Of a DNA stretch of 64,000 bases, positions 28,075 to 41,274 are shown piece by piece. Each line of letters starts with the position of its first letter. Positions within the stretch are counted from its first letter, which is position 1. The position numbers and the translations under genes are program-made. This DNA comes from Eledone cirrhosa (lineage: Eukaryota), in NCBI GenBank assembly GCA_964016885.1, contig OZ024760.1, positions 11,098,001 to 11,162,000 on the forward strand, in the 5' to 3' direction. Below the pieces are notes generated by a model. That model saw nothing but the letters and a program-made list of their open reading frames with translations. It made no database searches and was not told the origin of the DNA.

Positions 28075-28390
28075 CATACTAGACACTAAACCTATTTTAC
28101 CAGGGATAATTCCACACTAGACACTCTAAACTATTTTACCAGGCATATTTCCACACTAGACACTCTAAACTATTTTACCAGGCATATTTCCACACTAGAC
28201 ACTCTAAACTATTTTACCAGGGATATTTCCACACTAGACACTCTAAACTATTTTACCAGGCATATTTCCACACTAGACACTCTAAACTATTTTACCAGGC
28301 ATATTTCCACACTAGACACTCTAAACCTATTTTACCAGGGATATTTCCACACTAGACACTCTAAACTATTTTACCAGGGATATTTCCACA
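28075..28390. repeat. 39-bp minisatellite, about 8 copies
   Basis: ccacactagacactctaaactattttaccaggcatattt. Confidence 0.93.
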
Positions 28391-28485
28391 GATTACACTA
28401 GGTCACTATCCACTCCAGTCAGGATGTGATGGCGAAATATTACATGACTAAACTTCTTCACATACCAGGGATCTTTCCATAAATG

Positions 28486-28796
28486 CAGGGTTCGATTTAG
28501 GCGATGGGGGACTCAGCGTATTTCAGGTTTTGGGGCCCCTTGTACACAGAATATGAAAATACACAGCCATCCATTTTACATTTCAAAGTTAGCTTGGCGC
28601 AAGTAATTGGAATTGAGATGTTATACATCCACAAGCAGGTATTAATTTCAAAAATTCTAACCACCCGAAAGCTAAAAAGCCCAGCCGAGGGCAGAAATAA
28701 AATGCTGCAGCCGTCGCTAGTGGGGATCCACATTGCAGGGGGCCCGGGGTCAGGTGCAATTGCTCCATTACCCCCGCCCCCATTAAATCGGCTTTT
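28486..28796. mobile_element. hAT-like MITE
   Basis: Imperfect TIRs cagggttcgattta / taaatcggcttt, internal ggggccc motifs, approximate TSD cataaatg/cataatg. Confidence 0.6.
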
Positions 28797-28836
28797 CATA
28801 ATGATACTATTCACTCCAGTCAGGATATCAACGTGA

Positions 28837-29380
28837 CATGTTACCAGGGATCTTTCCATGTTACCAGGGATCTTTCCATGTTACCAGGTATCTTTCCATG
28901 TTACCAGGTATCTTTCCATGTTACCAGGGATCTTTCCATGTTACCAGGTATCTTTCCATGTTACCAGGTATCTTTCCATGTTACCAGGGATCTTTCCATG
29001 TTACCAGGGATCTTTCCATATTACCAGGTATCTTTCCATGTTACCAGGTATCTTTCCATGTTACCAGGGATCTTTCCATGTTACCAGGGATCTTTCCATG
29101 TTACCAGGGATCTTTCCATGTTACCGGGGATCTTTCCATACTCTCCAATCCAGTCAGGATATCAATGTGACATGTTACCAGGGAGCTTTCCATACATGAC
29201 ACTATCCACTCCAGTCAGGATGTCACCGTGACATGTTTCCGGGGATCTTTCCATACACGACAGTCTCTATTCCAGTCAGGATGTCATGGTGACATGTTAC
29301 CAGGATCTTGTCATCCATGATATTATCAGCTCGGCACTATCCACTCCAGTCAGGATATCAACCTGACATGTCACATGACT
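28837..29380. repeat. 20-bp minisatellite (about 15 copies) within degenerate ~60-bp units
   Basis: catgttaccagg(g/t)atctttc; flanking units cactccagtcaggat..gtgacatgttacc. Confidence 0.93.
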
Positions 29381-29539
29381 AAACCTCTTCAATTTCCACA
29401 TTTTGACAACTGACAATAATTTTGTCGTTCACATTATCCAATATCTTCTTTGTTTTTCTTGAAGCATTATGGTGTAACATGAGAGAACACGATACACTTG
29501 GCTGTTATTACTAGCGGATCAGAGAACTACATAGATTCC

Positions 29540-29764
29540 CTCTGGCTCTCTTTCTGTCCCTCCCTCTCCCCTCACCCTCTGTTTCCCTTGCCCTCTTTTC
29601 CCCTCGCTCTATGTCTCTGTCTCTCTCTCTCCTTCTCTCCCTGTCATTGTTTATTTTTATTTCTCTTCCCCTCTCCCCCACTCTTTATCTCTCTGTCTAA
29701 CTCTCTCTCCATCTCTTCATCTATCTACCTATTTCTCCCTCCCTCCATCTCTCTATCTATCAAC

Positions 29765-29803
<39 letters not shown>

Positions 29804-29921
29804 TATAAACCTATCTCTCTCTCTCTCTCTCTCTCTCCACTCACCCTCTCTATCTCTCTCCACTCTCCCTCTCTATCTCCACTCTCCCTCTCTATCTCTC
29901 CACTCTCCCTCTCTATCTCTC

Positions 29922-29953
<32 letters not shown>

Positions 29954-30087
29954 ACTCTCTCTCTCCACCCTCTCTACTCTCTCTCCGCCCTCTCTACTCT
30001 CTCTCCGCCCTCTCTACTCTCTCTCCACCCTCTCTACTCTCTCTCCCTCTCTCTCCCCCTCTCTCTCTCTCGCCCCTCTCTCTCTAC
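29540..30087. repeat. (CT)n-rich tract
   Basis: Direct observation. Confidence 0.9.
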
Positions 30088-30411
30088 CTGACACACCTCA
30101 CACCTTCATTCCTGACAGCTATAGCTACGTAAGAGATTATTTGATTCAACCTGGTCATATTGATGTTCGTTATCTGTTTTCAATAAGTCTTTCACGACTA
30201 CGTTTGCAGTTTTTATCTCTTTCTGGTCCTTTCGTTGTTCCATAAGACGATCTTCTATCGATTCTAGTCCTTCAGCTATTTCCATATTTAGATTACTGTC
30301 ATATTGAAAAATTTCCATATTTAGTGATTTCTACTTTACAAATGTTTCTCATGAAAACTTGTCTTCGAATGTTTTTGCGTTTGTTGTGCTTTGTTTTAAG
30401 TTTTAGAGGTG

Positions 30412-31130
30412 CAGAGGCGTGTGGTGACACACTCTCTGTCTCTAACCTTGTACCAGAGGCGTGTGGTGACACGTTCTCTGTCTCTAACCTTGTACCAGAG
30501 GCGTGTGGTGACACACTCTCTGCCTCTAACCTTGTTGTTTCGGCCACAAACCCTGGGCTCCGCTGCCCCAAAATTATTGTGTATAATGAAATAAGAATCG
30601 GCAGAACGTCGGGCAATATGCTTTGTGGTATACATTTACTGCAATGCGGATGAGAGGAAGATAGTCCAATAACTGGGCCTGACTAACCGCTTCCTCTTTG
30701 TACTAGTCTCCGTCGAGACCTCTGGTGTCCTTCTCTCCTCTGTCGTAATTAGGGAGCTGAAGAGAGTTAAATACCGGGACCTGAGCGACCGCTTCGTCTT
30801 TGTACCGGGCCCCGTCGACCCGTCGAGAGGTTTGGTGTCCTTGGTACCCAACATTACCACAGAGGAGAGGAAGATTGTTAAATACCGGGACCTGACCGGC
30901 TGCTTCCTCTTTGTACCGGGCCCCGCCGAGACATCTGGTGTCCTTGGTATCCAACATTACCACAGAGGAGAGAAAGATAATTAAATACCGGGACTTGCCT
31001 GCTGACTTCCTCCGTAAAATCGGAAAGACGACAGCCCTCTTGCAGAGGGACCGCCGTCAGGTGGTCTGGCTGTTGCAGTGGGTGATTCTCACCATTCTCC
31101 ACAGTAAAGTCTTCGCCATTTTCCTGATGT
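30412..31130 (+). mobile_element. CRE-like non-LTR retrotransposon RLE-domain remnant with internal tandem duplications
   Basis: Fragments CGDTLSASNLVVSATNPG, ADERKIVQ*LGLTNRFLFVLVSVETSGVL, EERKIIKYRDL, FLRKIGK..LQRDRRQ..WLLQ resemble the CRE-clade endonuclease C-terminus. Confidence 0.7.
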
Positions 31131-31265
31131 TACCTTTCCGGTTCATCATCTTTATGGGGATGCATGAAATACTGCACCAATCATGTCACGGGGGCGATTT
31201 AATTGACTTTCCTTTGCCTCAAAATTGTTGGCCTTGTGCCAAAAGTAGAAACCATTATTATTAGG

Positions 31266-31457
31266 GGCGGTGGATTGGCAGTATCGGTAGAGGGTCGGAC
31301 GCCATGCTTTGCAGCAAAGAGTTACGGCCCTTTATGATCTGAGTTCAAATCCCGCCGAGGTTAACTTTGCCTTTCATCCTTACGGGAGTCGATAAAATAA
31401 AGTACCAGTAATGTACTGAGTAATTGCTGGCCTTGTGCCAAAAGTAGAAACAATTAT
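31266..31457 (+). mobile_element. SINE family A, full length (reference copy)
   Basis: ggcggtggattggcagtatcggtagagg...gagttcaaatcccgccgagg...tail. Confidence 0.93.
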
Positions 31458-31859
31458 ATATAACAACAAGGAATTAGTATTCCTAATTAAATTATCTTTA
31501 AGGTTAACTCGGTGTAGTTTCTATATCAGTCCCTCCAGTAAATGTGTGTGTGTGTGTGTGTACAGTTGTTATTCCAGAAGCGGTCGTTTGAGTTGTTTAT
31601 CATCTAGAGCTTGTGTGTATGTTTCCTGGGGTCGCCCAAAGAAAGTATAATATATTGTATTTCCATAGAAGTTGATAGTTGAAAGTGTTAAGACCAGCCA
31701 TAAATAGAGACAAGAGGAAGAGTCGATACGGAATATTGATCTATGAGAAATGGGATTAGTTAAATAAGATTGCTATTGTTTCTTTCTGAAGAATTTACTG
31801 CCATTTATTGGCGATTTCTTCAACGTAACTGTTTATTATAGGTTCAAAGTAGAGGTTTG

Positions 31860-32561
31860 TGTGGAAGCGAATGGCCTCGTGGTAGCAGTGTTGGACTTAT
31901 GATCATAATGTCGGGGGTTTGATTCGTTGACTTGGGTTGTGTGTTGTGTTTTTGAGCAAAACACATCGCCATTTTCCTTCTCCCAAAATTGTTGGCCTTG
32001 TGCCTGAATCAGAAACCATTATTGGTTCATTCTGAGTTCAAATTCCGCCGAGGTTAACTTTGCCTTTCATCCTTACGGGGTCGATAAAATAAAGTACCAG
32101 TAATACACTGTTTAATTGCTGGCCCCGTGCCAAAAGTAGAAACCATTATTGGTGCAAACTGAAGGTGGCGGATTGGAAGAATTGGTAAAGCTTCGGATAA
32201 TACGTCATTGTAGCATTTGGTGTTTATAGTCTGACTTCAAATCCTGCCGAAGTCAACTTAGTCTTTCATCTTCCGAGGTCGAAAAAATGTAGTACCAGTG
32301 AAATACTGTGGTCGATAGTAACAACAATAGCAACAACAACAGCGATAGTAATGGTTTTTTTTCTTTATATAAGCACAAGGCCAGCAGTTTTGGGTGATTA
32401 AATCGACCCCAGGGCGTGACTGGTACTTTATTTTATCGACCCAGTAAGGATGAAAGGCAAAGTTAACCTCGGCGGGATTTGAACTCAGAATGGCAAGGGC
32501 CGTAACGCTATGCTGCAAAGCATAGCGTCCGACCCTCTACCATTACTGCCAATCCACCGCC
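31860..32561. mobile_element. Nested SINE cluster: CORE-type head, family A fragments on +, full copy on - at 32350-32561
   Basis: Consensus matches in both orientations. Confidence 0.85.
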
Positions 32562-33009
32562 CTAACAACAGCAATAGTAATAACAACAACAGCAACAATA
32601 AGATCAACAAAAATACGATCATGAATTATATAAAAAACACACGGGGTGGGGCGAACATATTACGCAACAACAACAACAATTGTAACAATAACCAGCAGCA
32701 ATAACAACTGCAACAACTACAACAGCAGCAAAATTAGCAACTACAACAACAAGAATTAAACAGTGAATTTGACTGACGTAGATTATTCACGATTTTGTCA
32801 TGTGATCAATACAATATCGATAATTTCACCTTTTTTATTTGATTGGTTTTTTGTTAGTTTTTTAACTTTTGTTGTTATATGTTTTTCTTTTAAACACGAT
32901 TTTAGTTTTTTAGTTTTTTTTTTTTAAAGAAAGAAAAATGAATGTTTTTTTGTTTTTAACCCTGATTCTACTGAATATTTCTTAAAGATACATACACACC
33001 TCCTCCAAG

Positions 33010-33850
33010 CTATATCACCAACAACACCACCACCACCACCATCACCACCGCTTCCATCACCACTACACCACCATCATCACCACCATCAACAGCAACACCA
33101 CCACCACTACACCACCACCATCATCATCACCACAATCAACAGCACTACCACCACCACACCAACACCATCACCTTCAAGCACCGTCAGCACCAGCACCACC
33201 ACCACCACCACCACCATCGTACCCCCACTACAACCACCACCCACCCACCACCACCACCACCGCCACCACCATCCACTAACCTTCACCATCATCAACACCA
33301 CAGCACCACCATCCTCACCATCTACCCCACCAACATAATGCCCCCTACACCACCATCACCCCTGACAAACAGCGCCACCACCAACAATAACACCACCCCC
33401 ACCATGATCACCACTACACACCACCATTCCCACCATCGACCCAATACCCCCCCTATCGCTACCACCACCACTACCCGCCACCAACCACTACCCACCACCA
33501 ACCACTACACCACCACCACTACCAATATCCACCATCCCCACCACCACTATCCACTATCCCCGCCACCACTACCAATATCCACCATCCCCACCACCACTAT
33601 CCACCTTCCCCGCCACCAATATCCACCATCCCCACCACCACTATCCACCATCCCCGCCACCACTACCAATATCCACCATCCCCACCACCACTATCCACCT
33701 TCCCCGCCACCAATATCCACCATCCCCACCACCACTATCCACCATCCCCGCCACCACTACCAATATCCACCATCCCCACCACCACTATCTACCATCCCCG
33801 CCACCACCACCGCCACCACCACCAACACCAACCATCCCCGCCACCCCCAG
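33010..33850. repeat. (ACC)n-derived low complexity and minisatellite
   Basis: Direct observation. Confidence 0.9.
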
Positions 33851-33929
33851 CCACTCATTGACTTTATGTAATGTCTTAATTGGAAATCTAAATAATGGCA
33901 AATCACTTGACAAGACTGGATGATGGCAT

Positions 33930-34520
33930 TGAGAGATGGCACATCTGTTGAGGGAGGGGGAGAGAGGTGGCACATCTGTTGAGGGAGGGGGAGAGAGGTG
34001 GCACATCTGTTGAGGGAGGGAGAGAGAGATGGCACATCTGTTGAGGGAGAGAGAGGTGGCACATCTGTTGAGGGAGGGAGAGAGAGATGGCACATCTGTT
34101 GAGGGAGGGAGAGAGGTAGCACATCTGTTGAGGGAGGGAGGGTGAGAGAGGTGGCACATCTGTTGAGGGAGGGAGAGAGAGGTGGCACATCTGTTGAGGG
34201 AGGAAGAGAGAGGTGGCACATCTGTTGAGGGAGGGAGAGAGAGATGGCACATCTGTTGAGGGAGGGAGAGAGAGGTGGCACATCTGTTGAGGGAGGAAGA
34301 GAGAGGTGGCACATCTGTTGAGGGAGGGAGAGAGAGATGGCACATCTGTTGAGGGAGGGAGAGAGAGGTGCCACCTCTTGAGAGAGAGAGAGAGGTAGCA
34401 CCTCTTGAGAGAGAGAGAGGTGGCACCTCATGAGGGAGGGGGAGAGAGGTGGTACATCTTGAGAGACAGACAGAGAGAGAAAGAGAGAGAGAGAGAGTGA
34501 GGTAGCACCTCTTCAGAGAG
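33930..34520. repeat. ~30-bp purine-rich minisatellite, about 14 copies
   Basis: gagag(g/a)tggcacatctgttgagggagg. Confidence 0.93.
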
Positions 34521-34729
34521 AGAGAGAGGTGTTTGGCTAGTAGGGGGGGGGGGATGGAGATGTGTGTGAGGTGTGTGTCTGTGTGTGTGTGTGTCTGTGT
34601 GTGTCTGTGTGCACATCTCTCACTGGAGAGAGATGTGTGCGTGGCTTGAAGGGGGCTGGGGGCTGGATTGACTGTGTATGAGGTGGGGTTTGTGTGTGTA
34701 AGATTGTGTGTGTGTGTTTTTATGCGCAT

Positions 34730-35235
34730 GTGCGTGTGTGCATGATGGTGTGTGTGTATGATGGTGTGTGTGTATGAGGGTGTGTGTGCATGATGGTGTG
34801 TGTGTATGATGGTGAGTGTGTATGATTGTGTGCGTGCGTGCATGATTGTGTGTGTGTATGATTGTGTGCATGCGTGCATGATGGTGTGTGTGTATGATGG
34901 TGTGTGTGTGTGCATGATGGTGTGTGTGTATGATTGTGTGTGTGTGTGCATGATGGTGTGTGTGTATGATGGTGTGTGTGTGTGCATGATGGTGTGTGTG
35001 TATGATGGTGTGTGTGCGTGCATGATGGTGTGTGTGTATGATTGTGTGTGTGCGTGCATGATGGTGTGTGTGTATGATTGTGTGTGTGTGTGTATGATGG
35101 TGTGTGTGTGTATGATTGTGTGTGTGTATGATTGTGTGTGTGTGCATGATTGTGTGTGTGTGTGTATGATGGTGTGTGCGTGTATGATTGTGTGTGTGTG
35201 CATGATTGTGTGTGTGTGTGTGTATGATTGTGCAC
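34730..35235. repeat. (TG)n minisatellite with atgatgg/atgatt units
   Basis: Direct observation. Confidence 0.9.
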
Positions 35236-35704
35236 ATGAAGACACTTGAGAGCTTTCGGCCGCTCTGTGTAACTGTTTCGGTGATCTCAATATAAAGGGG
35301 GTGGGGGTGGGCAGGTTGTACGGGCCAGGGTGGCATGTGTGTGTGTCTGTGTGCGTCTTTGTGTCTCTGTGCGGGTATGCGTGTTTCTTTATGTTTGTGT
35401 GTGTGATTATGATTCCCACTGCGTATTTAAAACACACACACACACACACTCACACACACACACTCACACTCACACTCACACACACACAAAGAAACGCGCA
35501 TACCCTCACAGAGACACAAAACACACACACAAGTACACACACATACACTCCTCTTTCATCCACCCCACCAGTATTGTTACCACCAACACCATCACCATCA
35601 CAAGATGTGGCGAAAAAGAAAAACCGTTGCAAAATATATGAGGACAAGTTAACAATGTTAGAAAACATGAACAGAAAAACTAAACGATACGGGATTGATA
35701 AGAA

Positions 35705-36165
35705 CACTAACAATAATAATATTACTAATAACAAGAACATCAACAACAACAGCAACACGAATTAGAACAATGTCAACAGCAACAAGTGCAACAACAACAA
35801 CAGCAGCAGCAGCAACAACAATAGCACCAAAAATAATAGCAACAATAACGTCAACACCAACAACAACAACAACAGCAGCAACAACAAAAATTAGAACATC
35901 AACAGCAACAACAAAAATTAGAACAACAATAACGTCAACAGCAACAATAACAACAACAGCAATAACAACAATAACGTCAACAGCAACAATAACAACATCA
36001 ACAACAACAAAAATAACAACAACAATAACAGCAACAGTAACAACAGCAATAACAACAATAACGTCAACAGCAACAATAACAGCAACAGTAACAACAGCAA
36101 TAACAACAATAACGTCAACAGCAACAATAACAACAACAACAACATCACCAATATCAATAACCAAC
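35705..36165. repeat. (AAC)n-derived tract
   Basis: Direct observation. Confidence 0.9.
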
Positions 36166-36227
36166 AGTCTGAAAGAAATAAGATTATGAGGCTAAATAGA
36201 ATGGAGAGATATATTTTTAAACTCCTC

Positions 36228-37450
36228 ACCAATAATTACCAGAAAACCACTAGATTCGCTTTAAACTCCCCCTCGCCATCTTTAATATGTCCTATCGGTC
36301 GACACCTCCATCAACTACACTTGGGGGAAAGAAATAATACTAATAATTACCAGAAACCCACTAGATTCGCTTTAAACTCTCCCTCGCCATCTTTAATATG
36401 TCCTATCGGTCGACACCTCCATCAACTACACTTGGGGGAAAGAAATAATACTAATAATTACCAGAAAACCACTAGATTCGCTTTAAACTCCCCCTCGCCA
36501 TCTTTAATATGTCCTATCGGTCGACACCTCCATCAACTACACTTGGGGGAAAGAAATAATACTAATAATTACCAGAAAACCACTAGATTCGCTTTAAACT
36601 CCCCCTCGCCATCTTTAATATGTCCTATCGGTCGACACCTCCATCAACTACACTTGGGGGAAAGAAATAATTCTAATAATTACCAGAAACCCACTAGATT
36701 CGCTTTAAACTCCCCCTCGCCATCTTTAATATGTCCTATCGGTCGACACCTCCATCAACTACACCTGGGGGAAAGAAATAATACTAATAATTACCAGAAA
36801 CCCACTAGATTCGCTTTAAACTCCCCCTCGCCATCTTTAATATGTCCTATCGGTCGACACCTCCATCAACTACACCTGGGGGAAAGAAATAATACTAATA
36901 ATTACCAGAAAACCACTAGATTCGCTTTAAACTCCCCCTCGCCATCTTTAATATGTCCTATCGGTCGACACCTCCATCAACTACACCTGGGGGAAAGAAA
37001 TAATACTAATAATTACCAGAAACCCACTAGATTCGCTTTAAACTCCCCCTCGCCATCTTTAATATGTCCTATCGGTCGACACCTCCATCAACTACACTTG
37101 GGGGAAAGAAATAATACTAATAATTACCAGAAACCCACTAGATTCGCTTTAAACTCCCCCTCGCCATCTTTAATATGTCCTATCGGTCGACACCTCCATC
37201 AACTACACTTGGGGGAAAGAAATAATACTAATAATTACCAGAAACCCACTAGATTCGCTTTAAACTCCCCCTCGCCATCTTTAATATGTCCTATCGGTCG
37301 ACACCTCCATCAACTACACCTGGGGGAAAGAAATGATACTAATAATTACCAGAAACCCACTAGATTCGCTTTAAACTCCCCCTCGCCATCTTTAATATGT
37401 CCTATCGGTCGACACCTCCATCAACTACACCTGGGGGAAAGAAATAATAA
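36228..37450. repeat. 111-bp tandem repeat x11, highly homogeneous
   Basis: 37-aa periodicity in ORF 36186-37496; each unit contains a SalI site (gtcgac). Confidence 0.96.
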
Positions 37451-37716
37451 TTTCACTATGATCGAAAAGAATATATATATTCGATTTATCATGTGACTTA
37501 ATATCTAAGAGACGTTCATAATGAATATTTCGAAATTGGGGAAAAATATAAAAATAAACGAAACGAAAGAAAATGAAACGAAACGAAAGATGAATTAGTT
37601 TTTGTCGTTTGTTAAATTTCTACAAATATGGCAAATTCTAATAGTCTTTGATTCATATTATTGACCTTATTGTGGTCTATGTCTGTATGTCTACCAGATT
37701 GCCTGTCCGCCTGTCC

Positions 37717-37796
<80 letters not shown>

Positions 37797-38040
37797 CTAC
37801 ATCAGCCTGTAGGTGGAAAAGAGGAAGGAACGAGGGAGCACCCTGTCTCTGTGCTCCTGAGGAGAAGGGGTTGCACACTTTTTTCGGGGGTGTGTGCGAC
37901 CCCCCAAACGCCCCCTCCCTATTGAGGACTTTATTGTTAATTTTATATTTGTTATTTGTTTTCTTTACTCGCCTTTTTGTGTAAACTCCCCCCTTTGTAT
38001 TTGTCCCCTTCTTTTGCGCCCTAGTGGCAATAAATAGAAA
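37797..38040 (+). mobile_element. Probable 3' UTR remnant of an L1/Tx1-like LINE inserted in (CTAT)n
   Basis: GC-rich hairpins, T-rich stretch, aataaa at the end, (CTAT)n on both sides. Confidence 0.5.
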
Positions 38041-38161
38041 TCTATCTATCTATCTATCTATCTGTATGCTTGTGTATTTCCTCTCCGTTTCATGTGTCTC
38101 TCTTTCCATATTTATCTATCAAGTTTTACACACACGCACACGCACACACACACGCACACGC

Positions 38162-38221
<60 letters not shown>

Positions 38222-38599
38222 GTATTAATCCTATCAAATAAAACCATAATCAATACGTTTTTTACAGATTCAACTTGAACACTATTTCTTAAAAAAGTAA
38301 CTACGGCAATATACCACAATCTACCGTGAGAACGTGACTAGTTTTCTAAAGGAAATCCTACCAGAATTAGGATTGCTAATACAGCTAAATAGATGAATGT
38401 AAGTCATGAATTTTTCACACTAAAAAAAAAAAATGTCTCAATTTGTTCTTCTTTTATATTGTGTTCAGTAAAGCATTCGTCAGTTTTCATTAAACAATAC
38501 TACATGGATTATATTTAAGAATATGGTGAGGTCTGACTATTTGATGTATTTTTGACAACATTCTGCAGAGAGAACAGTGTAAAGAAATATTAAGAATGG

Positions 38600-38698
38600 T
38601 ATTAGACTTAGGATCATAATGTCGTGGTTTCGATTCCTGGGCTGGCTTGTATGGCGTGTCGTCTCCTTCAGTAAAACACTTCATTTTACGTTACTCTT
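38600..38698 (+). mobile_element. CORE-type SINE head
   Basis: ggttcgattcc B box and cacttcattttacgtt. Confidence 0.65.
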
Positions 38699-38705
38699 AG
38701 GAACT

Positions 38706-39677
38706 CCATGTCTAATGGCAAGCAACACCAACTGCTATACTGTACATTAGATAATGTAGTCCTAGATATACTATGTCTAATGGCCAGTAACACCAACTGC
38801 TATACTGTACATTAGATAATGTAGTCCTAGATATACTATGTCTAATGGCCAGTAATACCAACTGCTATACTGTACATTAGATAATGTAGTCCTAGATACA
38901 CTATGTCTAATGGCCAGTAATACTAACTGCTATACTGTACATTAGATAATGTAGTCCTAGATACACTATGTCTAATGGCCAGTAACACCAACTGCTATAC
39001 TGTACATTAGATAATGTAGTCCTAGATATACTATGTCTAATGGCCAGTAACACCAACTGCTATACTGTACATTAGATAATGTAGTCCTAGATACACTATG
39101 TCTAATGGCCAGTAATACCAACTGCTATACTGTACATTAGATAATGTAGTCCTAGATACACTATGTCTAATGGCCAGTAACACCAACTGCTATACTGTAC
39201 ATTAGATAATGTAGTCCTAGATATACTATGTCTAATGGCCAGTAACACCAACTGCTATACTGTACATTAGATAATGTAGTCCTAGATATACTATGTCTAA
39301 TGACCAGTAACACTAACTGCTATACTGTACATTAGATAATGTAGTCCTAGATATACTATGTCTAATGGCCAGTAATACCAACTGCTATACTGTACATTAG
39401 ATAATGTAGTCCTAGATATACTATGTCTAATGGCCAGTAACACCAACTGCTATACTGTACATTAGATAATGTAGTCCTAGATATACTATGTCTAATGGCC
39501 AGTAACACTAACTGCTATACTGTACATTAGATAATGTAGTCCTAGATATACTATGTCTAATGGCCAGTAAGACCAACTGCTATACTGTACATTAGATAAT
39601 GTAGTCCTAGATATACTATGTCTAATGGCCAGTAAGACCAACTGCTATACTGTACATTAGATAATGTAGTCCTAGAC
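38706..39677. repeat. 65-bp satellite, about 15 copies
   Basis: ctatgtctaatggccagtaacaccaactgctatactgtacattagataatgtagtcctagatata. Confidence 0.96.
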
Positions 39678-39990
39678 AGTGGAGATGCGTGGTCTTGTGT
39701 TAAGGGTATTATATGTCGATTCCTGTATTGGGTTATCTGTTGTGTTCTTGAGCAAAGCACTTCATTTCACGTTTCTCCAGTACACTCAGTTGAATGTACC
39801 AGCAACAGCTGCGGGAGTGAGCCTGTCGAAGCACCGGCCGGATGAGTGTCCGGGCTCGAGAGAGACTTTAACTTTGCGATGGACTGGTGTTCTGTCCAGG
39901 GAGAGTTTTGTATTCTCAGTCACTTAACGTCACGTAAACCGGGATAATCACCTGCCTGATGAACTCCCGGAGTGCTCGAGATGACAGGCT
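39678..39990 (+). mobile_element. CORE-type SINE, near full length
   Basis: Similar to the reverse complement of 49905-50178 (ttgagcaaagcacttcatttcacg, gcgatggactgg..ctgtccaggg). Confidence 0.75.
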
Positions 39991-40149
39991 TAGATAAAAT
40001 ATATCGGTGAAACGAAACATCAACATCTTCAGATGTACGACTGATATATCACCTTCTTTCTATAAGACAAAAGTTGTTAGAAGCTGTTATTAAGTCGAAT
40101 GAAAGTGCTACAATCTCTGCAAGACAAAGAAGATGAAGACAAAGAAGAT

Positions 40150-40312
40150 CGTTTCTACTTTTGGCACAAGGCCAGCAATTATTCCAGTGTATTACTGGTA
40201 CTTTATTTTATCGACCCCGTAAGGATGAAAGGCAAAGTTAACCGTAAAGGGACGTAACTATGCTGGAACTCATGGCGTCCGACCCTCTACCGATACTGCC
40301 AATTCACCGCCC

Positions 40313-40369
<57 letters not shown>

Positions 40370-40580
40370 AGTACCAGTAATGCACTGGGTAATTGCTGGC
40401 CTTGTGCCTAAAGTAGAAACAATTATTATTATTATTAAAGCAAATAATAATAATAATATTAATTGTTTCTACTTTAGGCACAAGGCCAGCAAATACCCAG
40501 TACATTACTGGTACTTTATTTTATCGACCCCCGTAAGGATGAAAGGCAAAGTTAACCTCGGCGGGATTTGAACTCAGACT
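40150..40580. mobile_element. Three SINE family A pieces (-, +, -)
   Basis: 40150-40312 (-), 40368-40427 (+ tail), 40460-40580 (-). Confidence 0.88.
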
Positions 40581-40939
40581 GTAATAATAATAATAATAGA
40601 CAAATACATAACCCAAACCACAGGATTAACAAATATATATAGCATATAAAAATAGCACTACTATGCACCGCACGCATATTAGGAAGAGTACTCTAATACA
40701 ATAGAACAAACACCACCAAAAACCACTCTGCACACACCCAAGGCTCACAGAGCTACGCTCTGTAACGCAGTGATAACGCGTAAAATAATAATAATAATGA
40801 CAATAACAAAAGTAATAGCCAACGCGGAAATGGCTAATGTTACAAGACTAAATGAGGTTATAGAAATTGCAAAATCGTTTAATTTTCTCACAACTAATAT
40901 CTCCGACTGAGCTCGAATACTATACAAAAGAAATAAAAA

Positions 40940-41160
40940 TGGAGAATTGAGATGACTAAGTTTATGATGACTGAAGTTGAATAGGATTTTGCAAAAGACC
41001 GGAATGTTTGAAAAGAAACGGAGGAAAGATTAATGAAACCTTTGCTTTTCCTTCAGCGATGTTCTACGAAGCAGAAACAAAAATAATTAATAAAACTGAC
41101 CAGAAAATAAGTGAAAATAAGTGAAGCTTTTGAAATGTGATACTGTATGGAAGAAGAAAC
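40940..41160 (+). mobile_element. Highly decayed RTE/BovB-like RT C-terminal fragment
   Basis: RIEMTK..KDRNV..ERLMK..MFYEAET..KISEAFEM resembles the RTE motif MYGAETW...IEAFEMWCWRR. Confidence 0.6.
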
Positions 41161-41274
41161 ATATATGGTCACAATTATGTCTTTGATGGAAAAGGGGGCT
41201 CAAATAAATAAATTAACTTTTCACTAGAAAATGAAGCAAGTTGACTGTTATTTAATGAAGTCGTACCTAGGAGT

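Noticed and set aside
30106-30318. 70-aa minus-strand ORF with protein-like composition
   Set aside because: No recognisable homology or clear splice signals; left unassigned
36186-37496. 436-aa plus-strand ORF with a 37-aa repeat
   Set aside because: Follows from a 111-bp unit that is divisible by 3 and stop-free in one frame; no recognisable domain
39956-39990. ctgatga-actcc/ggagt hammerhead-like motif
   Set aside because: No GAAA at the required position; it is the 3' tail of the CORE-type SINE
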